Of a stretch of 32,000 nucleotides of DNA, positions 8,179-17,545 are shown in pieces. The notes under the pieces are model-generated. The model was given only the letters and a program-made list of their open reading frames with translations, was not told where the DNA came from and ran no database searches. The stretch is from the NCBI RefSeq assembly GCF_001997385.1, contig NZ_CP019633.1, forward strand, positions 2,430,001 to 2,462,000. Direction: 5' to 3'. Every line of letters begins with the position of its first letter. Position 1 is the stretch's first letter. Made by a program: the position numbers and the translations under genes. Source of the stretch: Sedimentisphaera cyanobacteriorum (lineage in GTDB: Bacteria; Planctomycetota; Phycisphaerae; Sedimentisphaerales; Sedimentisphaeraceae).

Positions 8179-9933
8179 CTACATTTTCTCAGGCACATCT
8201 ATCCGCAGAATCTCCTTCAAACCGTGCCTGAGGGTTTGATGGGTGAGTCTGCAGAGGATAAGTCTTGAGCTTCTGGTAATGCCCTGCGAGCTGAGAACTG
8301 GGCAGTTTGTGTAGAAGGCGCTGAATTTCTGAGCAAGCTCGTAGAGGTAGGCAGTAATGAAGTTCGGCTTGTATTCGGCCAAAGCACCTCTTATAGCGAG
8401 CCCGTATTTGAGCAGGTGCAAAGCCAGATCCCTTTCTGCTTCTTCCGCCAGTTCTATTTTTTGCAGACCTTCTATTTCGCCGTCTGCGTCAATTCCCTTT
8501 TCTTTCGCCTTCTTCTCTATAGATTTAACCCTCGCGCAGGCATACTGCATATAGGGAGCGGTATTCCCGTCCATCGAGAGCATTTTGTCGAAACTGAAGA
8601 TGTAGTCGGTGGTGCGGCTGTTGGAATAGTCTGAATACTTTATCGCCCCGATGCCCACAGCCTCTGCGATTGATTTTTTCTCGTCTTCGCTCAGCCCCGG
8701 ATTCTTCTGATTAACCACAGAATAAGCCCTTTCAACGGCCTCTTCCAGAAGGTCTTTGAGTTTTACGGTATCGCCGGAACGTGTTTTGAAGGGCTTACCG
8801 TCTTCTCCAAGCATCGTTCCGAAGGTTATATGTCTCAGGTTCTGATTTTGGGCTATGCCCGCGAGCCTCGCTGCGGCAAATAGCATCCTAAAATGCAGCA
8901 TCTGCCTCGCATCTGTAACGTAAACAATTTCGTCTGCTCCGAGCTTTTCTATACGGTATTTCAGTGCTGCAAGGTCGGTAGTGGCGTAGAGGAATGCCCC
9001 GTCGCTTTTCTGCACAATAAACGGAAGAGGCGAGCCGTCTTTGCTGGTGAATCCTTCAGGAAAAACGCATACCGCCCCATCAGACTCCTCAGCGCAGCCT
9101 TTCTGCCTGAGCTGCTCAACAATTCCCTGAAGATCCTCGGCATAAGCGCTTTCGCCCCGCTCATCTTCTCTGGTGAGAGTTACATTGAGCCTTTGGTATA
9201 TCTGGGAATAATGCTTTCTGCTCTCTTCGATGATATCAATCCAGCTCTGCTTCCAGAACTGCTCGCCTCTGTGCAGACCTGCTATGGCAGCTCTGGCTGT
9301 CTGGGCAAATTTCTCATCCTCATCGTAAAGCTTTTTTGCCTCCCTGTAAAAGGATTCGAGATCCGAGAGAGCCATCGAAACCTCTTCGCCTGATTCCTTC
9401 TTGCGTTCCAAGAGCGCGCAAAGCATACCGAACTGCGTGCCCCAATCGCCGATATGGTTCTGCCTTACTGCATTATGGCCGGCAAATTCCAGAAGCCGGC
9501 AGATACAGTCTCCAATTATCGTGCTTCTCAAATGGCCTACGTGCATCTCCTTTGCGATATTCGGGCCGGAATAGTCCACAACCACCTTTTTAGGGATCTG
9601 AACCTCATCGATTCCGAGTCTTTCAGGATCTGCTGCCACCTCTAACAGAGCTCTGCTCATGTATTCGGGCTTTATGCGGAAATTTATAAATCCGGGGCCT
9701 GCAATTTCCGGCTTCTCGCATATATCTGATACATCAAGCCTTTCTGCTGCCTTTTCAGCGAGCTGCCTTGGATTCTGCTTTGTTTTTTTGCCCGCTGCCA
9801 TCACGCCGTTAGACTGATAATCGCCGAATTCCGGGTTCGCTGAAGGACGCACTACCGCAGGGAATTCACTGCCGGTTATCTCTTTCAAAACAGAGCTCAG
9901 CCTCTGTTCGAGTATGTCTGCTGTAAACTGCAT
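8179..9933 (-). CDS. argS: Arginine--tRNA ligase
   Basis: 584 aa. It has a class I HIGH-type motif (PNIAKEMHVGHLRS), the IGDWGTQFGML block and a C-terminal DALR-type anticodon-binding region. Confidence 0.93.
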   Translation of the reverse strand: MQFTADILEQRLSSVLKEITGSEFPAVVRPSANPEFGDYQSNGVMAAGKKTKQNPRQLAEKAAERLDVSDICEKPEIAGPGFINFRIKPEYMSRALLEVAADPERLGIDEVQIPKKVVVDYSGPNIAKEMHVGHLRSTIIGDCICRLLEFAGHNAVRQNHIGDWGTQFGMLCALLERKKESGEEVSMALSDLESFYREAKKLYDEDEKFAQTARAAIAGLHRGEQFWKQSWIDIIEESRKHYSQIYQRLNVTLTREDERGESAYAEDLQGIVEQLRQKGCAEESDGAVCVFPEGFTSKDGSPLPFIVQKSDGAFLYATTDLAALKYRIEKLGADEIVYVTDARQMLHFRMLFAAARLAGIAQNQNLRHITFGTMLGEDGKPFKTRSGDTVKLKDLLEEAVERAYSVVNQKNPGLSEDEKKSIAEAVGIGAIKYSDYSNSRTTDYIFSFDKMLSMDGNTAPYMQYACARVKSIEKKAKEKGIDADGEIEGLQKIELAEEAERDLALHLLKYGLAIRGALAEYKPNFITAYLYELAQKFSAFYTNCPVLSSQGITRSSRLILCRLTHQTLRHGLKEILRIDVPEKM

Positions 9934-9938
9934 CTATG

Positions 9939-10322
9939 CTAATTCTCCTGCCACTGAATCTGCTTGGCATCTCCCCAGAGCAGTTCGAGGTCGTAATATT
10001 CTCTGAATTCGCTTTCAAACAAATGCACTACTACATCCACAAAGTCCAGCAGTATCCACCTGCCCTGTTCGCAGCCGGCCTTTCCAAAGGCCTCGAAACC
10101 GGTATGCTTGGCCTCTTTGACCAGCTCCTCTGCAACGCTTCTGGTTTGGCGGTCGCTTGTGCCCGTTGCGATTACTAAATATTCAACTGCCGGATTCTGC
10201 CCGCACAAATCAAGCACAACTACATCTGAGAAGTGCCTGTCTGAGATTAGGCGAGCCATCTCTACGGCAAAATTCTCAGCTTTTTTCTTTTCTTTTTCCG
10301 GTATCAATACAAGAAGCTCCAA
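9939..10322 (-). CDS. rsfS: Ribosomal silencing factor RsfS (iojap-like)
   Basis: VVLDLCGQNPAVEYLVIATGTSDRQTRSVAEEL...WILLDFVDVVVHLF...YYDLELLWGDA matches the RsfS pattern. It sits directly downstream of nadD, a conserved pairing. The start is TTG; the only in-frame ATG would remove the N-terminal helix. Confidence 0.85.
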   Translation of the reverse strand: MELLVLIPEKEKKKAENFAVEMARLISDRHFSDVVVLDLCGQNPAVEYLVIATGTSDRQTRSVAEELVKEAKHTGFEAFGKAGCEQGRWILLDFVDVVVHLFESEFREYYDLELLWGDAKQIQWQEN

Positions 10323-10400
10323 ATTTATCTATTAAATATATGTTTCAAGCTCAGCAGGAAACGCTGCAGGTGTATAATTTTACCTTAATAGCAGTTTATA

Positions 10401-11015
10401 TCAACCTGCTGAGTGAGCGGAGTAAATATTATTTTGTTTTATGTACTGCTCCACAGCTTTCGGGACAAGCCCTGAGATTTCACTTCCTTTTCTCAGCCTG
10501 CGGCGGATTTCTGTACTGCTTATATCGTATATAGGTGAGTCGATAATCATTCTGGGGATATTTTTGCCGAGTTTTGCCTCAATATCCTCGAAATCCGGTT
10601 TTCGGACAGAATCCCTCTTAACCACCGCCAGCGAGGCGAGCTCAATTATCTCATCCGCCCTGTACCACATATGGAATTCTTTTATCACATCCCCGCCGCA
10701 GAGCCAGAAGAGCTCTGAAGAGGGCATCTGACTTTTCAGCTTTTCAAGCGTGTTTACAGTGTAGCTGGGCTGGGGCATATAGAATTCCATATCTGAAATG
10801 CTGCACCATTCTAATCCGGAAAATGCAAGCCTGAGCATTTCAAGCCTCTGGGTATTGGAAGCCTCGGGCGAACCGGGCTTAAAAGGCGATACTGCATTCG
10901 GCAGGACAATCGCTCTGTCGAATCCGCCCTGCTTGTAAGCCGCCTGAAGGATATTTGTATGCCCGTTATGGACAGGGTCGAACGTTCCTCCGAAGAGCAA
11001 TATTTTTTCAGTCAT
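10401..11015 (-). CDS. nadD: Nicotinate-nucleotide adenylyltransferase
   Basis: GGTFDPVHNGH nucleotidyltransferase motif and ISSTEIRRRL near the C-terminus. ATG 11015 overlaps the miaA stop (ATGACTGA); the track start is TTG 11021. Confidence 0.9.
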   Translation of the reverse strand: MTEKILLFGGTFDPVHNGHTNILQAAYKQGGFDRAIVLPNAVSPFKPGSPEASNTQRLEMLRLAFSGLEWCSISDMEFYMPQPSYTVNTLEKLKSQMPSSELFWLCGGDVIKEFHMWYRADEIIELASLAVVKRDSVRKPDFEDIEAKLGKNIPRMIIDSPIYDISSTEIRRRLRKGSEISGLVPKAVEQYIKQNNIYSAHSAG

Positions 11016-11952
11016 CCTCAAGCCCGCCTTCCTGCTCCAAGATCTTCATTGCCCTGTCCATAATAGAGCCCTCGGATTCGTCCTGTTCTGCGTTGATCCA
11101 TTTGATGTTATGGAAATTCTTAAACCAAGTGCGCTGTGATTTAGCGAATTTACGCGTATTAATCTTAATCCGCTCCACAGCTTTTTCGAGCTCCATATTG
11201 CCCCTGAACACCTCAAACAGCTCTGCATAGCCAATCGCTGCTGCAGCCTGCTTGCTTAGCGGCTTATCGAGGTTATAAAGCATTTCGGCCTCTTGCAGGA
11301 GCCCCATTTCCATCATCCGCTTGACCCTTGCATTTATGCGGCGGCTTTCCAGCTCCTTTTCACGCCGAATGCCAATAACAACCCAGCTCGGGTCTGGCGA
11401 GGCATTGAAATTCACCTGAAAAGAGCTTATCGGTCTGCCTGTAAGCTCATAAACCTCCATAGCCCTAATGAGTCTTTTGGTGTCGTTTGGGTGTATTTTC
11501 TCTGCTGCCTGAGGGTCTATTCGGCTCAGTCGCTGATGGAAGGCCTGTTTGCCCTCTGAATAAAGGTTTTCTTTGAGTTTATCCCTGAGCTGGTTGGAGG
11601 TTCCAGGGCCGTCAAAAAGGCCGTAGAGCATATTCTTGAGATACATTGCTGTTCCCCCTGCGCCGATTACTTTCCTGCCCTTTGAATGAATCTGCTCAAC
11701 AGCCCTGTCTTTGAGCTCGAGGAAACTGCTCACGCCAAACTCCTCCCAAGGCTGGACTACATCAATCAGATGGTATTTTATCTCCGCTCTTCTTTCCTGA
11801 GAAGGTTTGGCTGTGCCGATATCCATCTTTTTATAAACCTTCATTGAGTCTATGCTTATAATCTCAGCGCCGATTTTCTGCGCAAGCGAAAAGGCAAGCG
11901 AGCTTTTCCCGCCTGCTGTAACGCCGGTAATTACAATCTTCTTTTCGCTCAA
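11008..11952 (-). CDS. miaA: tRNA dimethylallyltransferase
   Basis: P-loop GVTAGGKSSLA followed by IISIDSMKVYKKMDIGTAKP, typical of MiaA. The TTG start is preceded by AAGGA and by an in-frame stop. Confidence 0.9.
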   Translation of the reverse strand: MSEKKIVITGVTAGGKSSLAFSLAQKIGAEIISIDSMKVYKKMDIGTAKPSQERRAEIKYHLIDVVQPWEEFGVSSFLELKDRAVEQIHSKGRKVIGAGGTAMYLKNMLYGLFDGPGTSNQLRDKLKENLYSEGKQAFHQRLSRIDPQAAEKIHPNDTKRLIRAMEVYELTGRPISSFQVNFNASPDPSWVVIGIRREKELESRRINARVKRMMEMGLLQEAEMLYNLDKPLSKQAAAAIGYAELFEVFRGNMELEKAVERIKINTRKFAKSQRTWFKNFHNIKWINAEQDESEGSIMDRAMKILEQEGGLEDD

Positions 11953-12073
11953 GTTTATCCTTTTATTTTAAGCCTTTGCCGGAAACATTTTTCGTGATAT
12001 TGCTTCTTGCAGGAATATAATATAATGTTTTGGCAGATATTTTCTACCTCTCATTAAAACAAGAGTTTAATAA

Positions 12074-12973
12074 ATGAAAGCTAATACAGACCAGCAGCTG
12101 CAAAAACAGCTTGATGCTGCTGCGAAAATAGTAAACCGGAGAATCAGCGAATATCTTGAAAATCGTGATGATATCCACCCGAAGCTCAAAGAAGCTGTGG
12201 TTTATGCCGCAAGCTCGCCGGGCAAGAGGCTTCGTGCAGCGGTTATTCAGATGGTTTGCAGGCTCTTCAGCGGCAGTATAAATCAGGATGCGGTTACCGC
12301 TGCGTGCAGTGTGGAGATGATGCATGCATATTCGCTTGTGCACGACGATCTACCCTGCATGGATGATGATGAGCTTCGAAGAGGCCAGCCTACAGTTCAT
12401 ATAAAATTTGGCGAAGCAGCGGCAGTTCTTGCGGGAGATGCCCTTCAGAGCCTTGCCTTCGAGATCCTTGCAAAAGAAATCAAGGACAGCAAAAAGGCTG
12501 TTAAGCTTATCGGTATTTTGAGCGGTTTCTCAGGCGCAGGCGGGATGATTTCCGGACAGGCAGCAGATATGGAAGCAGAAAACACGCGTGCAGGCATTGA
12601 AGAGGTGGAATATATCCACAATCACAAAACAGCAATGATGTTTGCGGCCTCAGCAGCGATGGGAGCTGTTTGCGGGGAAGGAAAATCTGAAGACATCCAT
12701 AATATGATGCAGTGGGGGATTTATGCGGGGCTTTGTTTTCAGGTGGCAGATGATCTGCTCGATGAAAGCTCTACTCCCGCTGAGCTCGGCAAATCCATCG
12801 GCAAAGACGCAAAGCAGGGAAAAGCGACATACCCATCGGCATCCGGCAAGGAGAAATCAGAAGAAAGGGCGAAGGCTCTTGCGTGCAAAGCAATAGAAAT
12901 CCTTGAAATATACGGCCAAAAATCAGACAATATGATAGGCCTTACTCAATTACTTTACGACAGAAAAAAATGA
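12074..12973 (+). CDS. ispA: Polyprenyl (farnesyl/geranylgeranyl) diphosphate synthase
   Basis: First Asp-rich motif LVHDDLPCMDDDELRRG and second Asp-rich motif FQVADDLLD. It overlaps dxs by ATGA, matching the conserved ispA-dxs pairing. Confidence 0.88.
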   Translation: MKANTDQQLQKQLDAAAKIVNRRISEYLENRDDIHPKLKEAVVYAASSPGKRLRAAVIQMVCRLFSGSINQDAVTAACSVEMMHAYSLVHDDLPCMDDDELRRGQPTVHIKFGEAAAVLAGDALQSLAFEILAKEIKDSKKAVKLIGILSGFSGAGGMISGQAADMEAENTRAGIEEVEYIHNHKTAMMFAASAAMGAVCGEGKSEDIHNMMQWGIYAGLCFQVADDLLDESSTPAELGKSIGKDAKQGKATYPSASGKEKSEERAKALACKAIEILEIYGQKSDNMIGLTQLLYDRKK

Positions 12974-14895
12974 ACGACAGAGAAACAGAAAAACAAACGC
13001 TGCTTGATAGAATAAACTCCCCTGAGGATCTCAAGCAGCTCTCAATACCTCAGCTCGGTGAACTGGCAGATCAGATCAGGGATTATATAATCAATGCAGT
13101 AAGCGATACTGGCGGGCATCTTGCGAGCAATTTAGGCGCAATAGAAGCCACTCTCGCAATGCATTACGTATTCAATTTTTCCAAAGACTACCTGCTCTGG
13201 GATGTTGGGCATCAGTGCTACGCCCACAAAATTATAACAGGCAGGAAAGACAAATTCAGCCTGCTGCGCAAGGAGGGAGGCGTCAGCGGTTTTCCAGAGC
13301 CGTCCGAGAGCAGATACGACCGCTTCCGCGTGGGGCATGCGGGCACTTCCATAGCCACGGGGCTCGGCATCGGCTGGGGGCTTCTCGATCAGAACAGAGA
13401 TGATAAGGTGGTTTCCTTTGTGGGAGACGGGAGCATTGTAAACGGGGCATCATTCGAGGCTCTGAACAATCTGACCGGCCTGCCAAGGCAGATGCTCGTT
13501 GTGCTCAACGATAACAATATGAGCATCGACGTTACAAGAGGCGCTGTAGCCAAGATATTCTCCAAAATCCGCCTGAACAGCACATACGAAGAACTGAACA
13601 GAACTGCCAAGAATATAATAGAGCATATGCCGCTGATTGGCAAGCAGGTTGAGGAGGCTGTTCAGAGGCTCAAGAAGGCTATCAGGATGCAGCAAAGCGC
13701 CGGGCAGATCTTCGAAAGCCTTAATCTTTCATATTTCGGCCCTGTAAACGGCCACGATATCGGCTCGCTTATTGAGCTGTTCACCGCCCTGAAAGACCTC
13801 GACCACCCTGCGGTTCTTCATATTTACACAAACAAAGGCAAAGGCTATAAACCCGCTGGAGATAATCCCTCAAAATATCATTCCACAGGCCCTTTTTACA
13901 TAAACGGCGAATCGAAGAAATCCGGCAAAAAGAGCTACACGAAGATAATTGGCGAAACACTTTGCGAGATAGCAGCAGAGAAGCAATCCAACATTACCGC
14001 TGTAACAGCAGCTATGCCCGAGGGCACAGGGCTCAATACCTTTCGCGACCATTTTCCTGATAAATACTACGATGTGGGTATATGCGAGAGCGCTGCTGTA
14101 GATATGGCAGCGGGGATGGCCAAAACCGGCCTAACGCCTTTTGTATGCCTGTACTCCACATTCCTCCAGAGGGCCTTCGACCAAATTGCACACGATGTGG
14201 CTCAGCAGAATCTGCATGTTGTATTCTGCATAGACAGGGCTGGGGTTGTGGGCGATGACGGCCCGACTCACCACGGTATGCTAGATATCGGTATGCTCAG
14301 GATGCTGCCTAATATGATACTCTGCGCTCCGGCCTGCGGAGAAGAGCTAAGGCTCGCCCTTATGTATGCAGCGCAAAGGAAAGCCCCTATTGCAATACGC
14401 TACCCGCGGGATGTTCTGCCGGAAAATCTAAGCGGCATAGAAAGCCTGAGTTCAGATTTCATAACCGGCAAGAGCGTTTTAGTCTCGCAGGGCGATGCTG
14501 ATATTGCTCTGGTTTGCTACGGTGCAGTGCTCACAGAGGCTGTGGAAGCGGCAAAGCAGCTCGAAGAGAGCGGCGTTCGGTGCGATGTGGTGAATGCGAG
14601 ATTCGCCAAACCGATAGATGAACAGATCGTTGAGCTTGCAAGAGAGGGGAAAACGGTTTTCTGCCTTGAAGACCACGGGACGGCGGGCGGTTTCTGCTCG
14701 GCTGTGCTGGAGGAGCTTTCGAAGGCGGGCGTTTCTTCTGAAAACGTATTCTGCCTTGCAGCGCCGGATGAATATATAGACAAGGCCTCGAGAAAAACGC
14801 AGCTTGAAAGATGCAATGTAGGCAGCGAACATATCTGCAGAGAGGTTCAGGCAAGGATAAAAGACCGCGATTTGTATGAAAAAGCACATACCTAA
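12970..14895 (+). CDS. dxs: 1-deoxy-D-xylulose-5-phosphate synthase
   Basis: 641 aa. It has GGHLASNLG, the WDVGHQCYAHKIITGR block, the ThDP motif GDGSIVNGASFEALNN and a transketolase-like C-terminal half. Confidence 0.95.
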   Translation: MNDRETEKQTLLDRINSPEDLKQLSIPQLGELADQIRDYIINAVSDTGGHLASNLGAIEATLAMHYVFNFSKDYLLWDVGHQCYAHKIITGRKDKFSLLRKEGGVSGFPEPSESRYDRFRVGHAGTSIATGLGIGWGLLDQNRDDKVVSFVGDGSIVNGASFEALNNLTGLPRQMLVVLNDNNMSIDVTRGAVAKIFSKIRLNSTYEELNRTAKNIIEHMPLIGKQVEEAVQRLKKAIRMQQSAGQIFESLNLSYFGPVNGHDIGSLIELFTALKDLDHPAVLHIYTNKGKGYKPAGDNPSKYHSTGPFYINGESKKSGKKSYTKIIGETLCEIAAEKQSNITAVTAAMPEGTGLNTFRDHFPDKYYDVGICESAAVDMAAGMAKTGLTPFVCLYSTFLQRAFDQIAHDVAQQNLHVVFCIDRAGVVGDDGPTHHGMLDIGMLRMLPNMILCAPACGEELRLALMYAAQRKAPIAIRYPRDVLPENLSGIESLSSDFITGKSVLVSQGDADIALVCYGAVLTEAVEAAKQLEESGVRCDVVNARFAKPIDEQIVELAREGKTVFCLEDHGTAGGFCSAVLEELSKAGVSSENVFCLAAPDEYIDKASRKTQLERCNVGSEHICREVQARIKDRDLYEKAHT

Positions 14896-15487
14896 CATAC
14901 TCACAATTTCCCGAATAGCGCTCACTTTCGTGCTGTTTGCAATATTGCTGACTATAGACTCATCAAACGGGAGTCTGTATTTCTGGTGCTTTGTCTTCTT
15001 CGCTGTTATCTCGGCCACAGACTTTCTCGACGGCTTTCTCGCTCGAAGATGGAAGGTGGAATCAAGGTTTGGGAGGGTGGCAGACCCGTTTGCTGATAAG
15101 ATTTTTATAGCAGGCTGCTTTTTAATTTTCGCATTCGAGCAGATACCAGTAATGGAGAATTTACCTGCAGCAGCAGGGGAAGTGATAAGATGGGGCCTTG
15201 CAGCTGTAATACTGCTTAGAGAATCCGCTGTTACTATTGTAAGGCAGATAGCCGAGAAAAAGGGCTTCGATTTCTCCGCTTCGCAGTTCGGGAAGGTTAA
15301 GATGTTCTCTCAGTGCGTGCTTGGGGCTTATGTGCTGGTGCATTCAGCTTTCTTCGCAGGCTCAGCGGTTTCAGACTGGCTGCTGGCAGCTGGTTTCATT
15401 TTTACTGCCGTTGCCACAGCTGGTTCAGGGATCGAAGCCGCAATACGCCTCTACAAGGCATACAAAAATCAGCACACCCCAGCCTGA
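14876..15487 (+). CDS. pgsA: CDP-alcohol phosphatidyltransferase (phosphatidylglycerophosphate synthase-like)
   Basis: The motif DFLDGFLARRWKVESRFGRVADPFADK fits D-x2-DG-x2-AR-x8-G-x3-D-x3-D. There are multiple hydrophobic segments. The gene overlaps the dxs 3' end by 20 nt. Confidence 0.85.
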   Translation: MKKHIPNILTISRIALTFVLFAILLTIDSSNGSLYFWCFVFFAVISATDFLDGFLARRWKVESRFGRVADPFADKIFIAGCFLIFAFEQIPVMENLPAAAGEVIRWGLAAVILLRESAVTIVRQIAEKKGFDFSASQFGKVKMFSQCVLGAYVLVHSAFFAGSAVSDWLLAAGFIFTAVATAGSGIEAAIRLYKAYKNQHTPA

Positions 15488-15562
15488 GAATTACGCATCT
15501 GAAAGCTTCCTGTTGACCTGTTGAAAAAAATTAAGTAATTTTTTATGCAGGAAGAGATAAAT

Positions 15563-15571
15563 TGTTATAAT
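15563..15571 (+). promoter_or_regulatory. Extended -10 promoter element (TGTTATAAT) for the ATPase/DUF4276 cassette
   Basis: TGnTATAAT lies at 15563..15571 in a very AT-rich spacer, about 60 nt upstream of ATG 15631. A GGAAGG ribosome-binding-like element sits 9 nt before the ATG. Confidence 0.45.
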
Positions 15572-15630
15572 TTGGATGTCTCTATTTAATAATTTATAAA
15601 AAAAAAGCAGCCAATGGAAGGTGTTTTTAC

Positions 15631-16743
15631 ATGGGGCAGCAATTAGATAAATTAACAATAAGAGGATTCAAGTCTATAAGTCAGCTCGAAGATTTCGAGC
15701 TTGGAAATCTCAACGTCCTCATCGGAGCTAACGGGGCTGGCAAGAGTAATTTTGTGGAAATTTTTCGTGTCGTCCGAGCAATGGCAGAAGAAAATTTTGC
15801 CAACTACATTCAAACCAGAGCAACTGCAGATGATTATATGTTTGGCGGTCCGAAAACAACTGAAAAAATAGAAGCTGAATTTGTTTTTGGTGATAATTCT
15901 TATGCCTTAGAGCTCGAGCCAACAGCAAATGGTGAAGAATTTGTAATAATTAACGAATGGCAGAGATATAAAGAAAACAACTGGAGATGTATAGGTTCAG
16001 GCGGCAGGGAAAGCGCTTTAGCTGCTAACAAGAACGAGCGGGCTGTAACAAATCCTAACATCTCGGGAGTTGGCTATTACATATACGAAGCAGTTTCAAA
16101 TTGGGTTGTTTATCATTTTCACGATACAAGCGCAAAATCCCCAATGAGAAGATTTGAAATAACGGCTGATAACAGCAGACTCAGGCCTGACGCAGCAAAT
16201 ATTGCCCCTTTCCTTCTTGGTTTGCGGGAAAACAATGGGCGGTGTTATAAGGAGATAATAGAAGCAGTTAGGATTGTAATTCCTTTCTTTGACGATTTCA
16301 TTCTCAAACCTGTTTACAAAGGCGAAAAGGAAGTTGTCAATCTAAGCTGGAAATAGAAAGGCTCTGATTACCCCATGCAGCCCTATCACCTCTCCGACGG
16401 TTCTATAAGATTCATCTGCCTTGCCGCAGCTTTGCTCCAGCCGGAACCGCCTGCTGCAATTTTGATTGATGAACCTGAATTAGGTATGCACCCCTTTGCG
16501 ATTGGAATTATTGCAGAGATGATGAATTCTGCTTCAAAGCAAACGCAGGTTATTGTGTCCACTCAATCCCCCCACCTGATAGATAATTTCTCGGCAGAGG
16601 ATATCGTAGTTGTAAACCGTGATAAAGGGGCTTCAACTTTCGAAAGGCTCAGCAAGGAAGAGCTCGCAGGCTGGCTGGAAGAATATTCTTTAGGAGAGCT
16701 TTGGAGAAAAAATGTGATACAGGGAGGCCCCCGGTATGAATAA
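15631..16743 (+). pseudogene. ABC/AAA-type ATPase (AAA_15/21/23-like, OLD/AriA-style N-terminal ATPase fold) interrupted by one in-frame TAG at 16354..16356
   Basis: Track ORFs 15631..16356 and 16375..16743 are in the same frame and together make 370 codons. Walker A (LIGANGAGKSN) is in the first piece. The signature-like LSDGSIRF, Walker B (AILIDEPELGMHP) and the TQSPHLID switch are in the second piece. Confidence 0.8.
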
Positions 16744-17413
16744 CACCACTGTTTATGCTGTTGTGGAAGGTCAGACTGAGCAGGCTTTTGTAGATAATGT
16801 TTTAGCTCCGTATCTGGGACATTTCAATGTTTTCATATATGCCAGACTGATTGGCAAACCAGGCCATAAAGGCGGAAACGTCCGGTTTGAAAGAGTTAGG
16901 AAAGATATTGAACATTTTCTCAAGCAAAGAAGGGATACTTATATAACGACAATGTTTGATTATTTTAGGCTCCCTTACGATTGGCCGGGCAGAGGTGAGA
17001 TGCCGGCTAACCTTTCAACGGAAGAAAAGGCAAATCGAATTGAACAGGCAGCATTAAAAGAATTAAAACGTTTATTCCCTGAACACAACCCAGAAGCAAG
17101 ATTAATCCCTTATATTCAAATGCATGAATTTGAAGCACTGTTATTCAGTGATATTTCGATTCTGTCTGATGGATTGGGTATTCAGAACTGTGAAATAGAA
17201 CGCATATTAAATGAGTGCGGCGGGCATGAAGAGATAAATGAAGGTATAGAGACAGCTCCATCAAAGCGTCTGGAAAGGCTCTGCTTGAGGTATAACAAAG
17301 TTGTTAAGGGCAAATCAATATCCGAACAGACAGGGTTAGAGACAATCCGGAAAAGATGTCCGCACTTTGACAGCTGGCTGAGGCGTATGGAAAAACTGGC
17401 ACGGCAAAAATAA
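16736..17413 (+). CDS. DUF4276-family protein (predicted TOPRIM-like effector partner of the ATPase)
   Basis: The N-terminus TVYAVVEGQTEQAFVDNVLAPYLG matches my recollection of the DUF4276 start pattern (hhVEGxTEexFV). There is a later acidic block, MHEFEALLFSD. The start overlaps the ATPase stop by 8 nt (ATGAATAA), which suggests translational coupling. Confidence 0.7.
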   Translation: MNNTTVYAVVEGQTEQAFVDNVLAPYLGHFNVFIYARLIGKPGHKGGNVRFERVRKDIEHFLKQRRDTYITTMFDYFRLPYDWPGRGEMPANLSTEEKANRIEQAALKELKRLFPEHNPEARLIPYIQMHEFEALLFSDISILSDGLGIQNCEIERILNECGGHEEINEGIETAPSKRLERLCLRYNKVVKGKSISEQTGLETIRKRCPHFDSWLRRMEKLARQK

Positions 17414-17436
17414 AACGGAGTTAAAGGCGGCAGTTC

Positions 17437-17469
17437 TCAGCTCACAGCCTCCGGGCAGCTGATTTTTTT
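17437..17469 (+). terminator. Rho-independent terminator after the cassette
   Basis: TCAGCT(caca)GCC-tccg-GGCAGCTGA forms a hairpin that is followed directly by a T7 run (17463..17469). Confidence 0.6.
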
Positions 17470-17545
17470 ATGGAAATCACCCGCTGATTTGATAAGATTT
17501 TCATTCCCGAAAATATGACCGGAAAATAAAGCTCAGAGGAAGTAA

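Noticed and set aside
14479-15018. 179-aa minus-strand ORF, together with other long antisense ORFs (for example 718..1263, 8893..9393, 22564..23208, 22611..23261, 28668..29366, 29935..30576)
   Set aside because: All lie entirely antisense to, or out of frame within, genes with strong family signatures (dxs/pgsA, rpoD, argS, the flavoprotein, WecA-like, phoA). They have low-complexity or Ser/Arg/Pro-rich translations typical of shadow ORFs.
16354-16356. Amber codon as pyrrolysine or a reassigned sense codon
   Set aside because: TAG clearly terminates the esterase (6011..6013) and comEC (21248..21250) in this window, and no pyl genes are visible. Recoding is not supported from the sequence alone.
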